Assembly (NCBI GenBank): GCA_964016885.1
Contig: OZ024759.1
Span: 20,522,001-20,586,000 of the forward strand
Direction of reading: 5' to 3'
DNA: 64,000 bases
Source of the DNA: Eledone cirrhosa
Lineage: Eukaryota
The notes beneath the pieces are model-generated. The model did no database searches, was not told the DNA's origin, and saw nothing but the letters and a program-made list of their open reading frames with translations. The translations under genes and the position numbers were made by a program. Shown here in pieces: positions 63,082 through 64,000 of the stretch (the first letter of the stretch is position 1; every line of letters starts with the position of its first letter).

Positions 63082-63083
<2 letters not shown>
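62882..63083. mobile_element. Putative ~200-bp non-autonomous element or transposon remnant inserted in a (TA)n tract (Penelope-like inverted end or MITE-like; family unassigned)
   Basis: A complex, relatively GC-rich island bounded sharply by (TA)n on both sides and ending in a perfect palindrome. The family assignment is inference only, with no coding homology visible. Confidence 0.4.
62968..63076. repeat. Perfect inverted repeat: 54-bp arms (62,968-63,021 and 63,023-63,076) with a 1-nt centre
   Basis: AAGTATGACCCCGACGGCAGAGCTCAAGCCGTTTCGACGGCTATTTCTGGACTC-G-GAGTCCAGAAATAGCCGTCGAAACGGCTTGAGCTCTGCCGTCGGGGTCATACTT. The arms are exact reverse complements. Both strands give the same peptide, [35 protein letters not shown], in the ORF track. 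Confidence 0.98.
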
Positions 63084-63120
<37 letters not shown>

Positions 63121-63413
63121 TTACACACACATATATATATGCATACACACATATATACACAAACACACACACACACACATATATATATACATTTATGTAT
63201 ATATGTATATGTACATATATATGCATATATGTATATATGTATGTATATATGCATATATGTATATATGTATGTACATAATCATACATTTGTATATATATAT
63301 ATGCATATATGTATACATATATATACAGACATACACACTTATATATATATATATATGTGTGTGTGTATATATATATATATGAACACGCATACACATATGT
63401 ACTTATGTATGTA

Positions 63414-63446
<33 letters not shown>

Positions 63447-63500
63447 GTATAAATATGAACACACACACACATATATACTTATATCTGTGAATGTATATGT

Positions 63501-63536
<36 letters not shown>

Positions 63537-63573
63537 ACATACACATATATACTTGTGTGTATATATATATATC

Positions 63574-63606
<33 letters not shown>
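63084..63606. repeat. Compound (TA)n/(CA)n/(TG)n microsatellite
   Basis: Dinucleotide runs seen directly. Confidence 0.95.
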
Positions 63607-63717
63607 TCATTCAGTTTCCTCTCTTTGCCCATATATTCTTTTTTTTATTCATTTTGTATAATTTTAGCCACGCGTGACTCTTTTTCAAATTGATGTTTTG
63701 TCCTACACTGTCCAAGT

Positions 63718-63932
63718 TTCTCTGTCTTTCTCTCTCTTTCTCTTCACTTATTCTTTCTCTCTCTTTCTCTCCCTCCCTCTCTTTCTCTCCCTCTCTCTCT
63801 GCTTGTTGTGCTTGTCTTTTTTGGAATTCGTGTCCAAACAAACGGAAAATATTTTTAATAACATTTATATATTCTCTATCTTTTCCATCTTCTCTTTGAC
63901 TACTTCTTCTTCTTTTTCTTCTTCTTCTTCTT
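63718..63932. repeat. (CT)n tract (~63,718-63,800) and short (CTT)n tract (~63,903-63,932)
   Basis: Seen directly. Confidence 0.85.
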
Positions 63933-64000
63933 TAATCAATATGTTGGGTCTCATCGATATTTCTCCTTTTCAATTACAACACATGGGTCTGTAGCATAAT

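Noticed and set aside
60440-63994. ORFs in the terminal microsatellite region ([15 protein letters not shown]-rich, and the palindrome-spanning ORFs 62764..63072 and 62852..63382)
   Set aside because: These are dinucleotide or pyrimidine-tract translations. The shared peptide on both strands is simply a consequence of the DNA palindrome.

Overview
This window is eukaryotic, repeat-saturated DNA. I find no credible protein-coding gene, RNA gene or CRISPR array. Bases 1-~47,550 are one uninterrupted, single-orientation, CpG-rich and A-poor satellite built from GGTTC/GGTC/ATTC words. It has higher-order structure, including a near-perfect 3,782-bp tandem duplication, older ~1.9-5.4-kb duplications and a degenerate right edge. 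After a short unique junction and a (CA)n tract comes a second satellite of ~11.4 kb, CTGTCTCTACC(AT)nA (48,892-60,345). It carries its own ~3.1-kb duplication and appears to have expanded from within an older ~40-bp minisatellite that survives on both flanks. The last ~3.6 kb is a mosaic of TA/TG/CA/CT/CCT microsatellites with small unique islands. One island holds a perfect 54-bp-arm palindrome with nested hairpins (62,968-63,076) between (TA)n tracts, possibly a transposon-derived foldback. The long ORFs in the supplied track are artefacts of low-complexity sequence. The microsatellite density suggests an invertebrate such as a decapod crustacean or cephalopod, but this is inference only.
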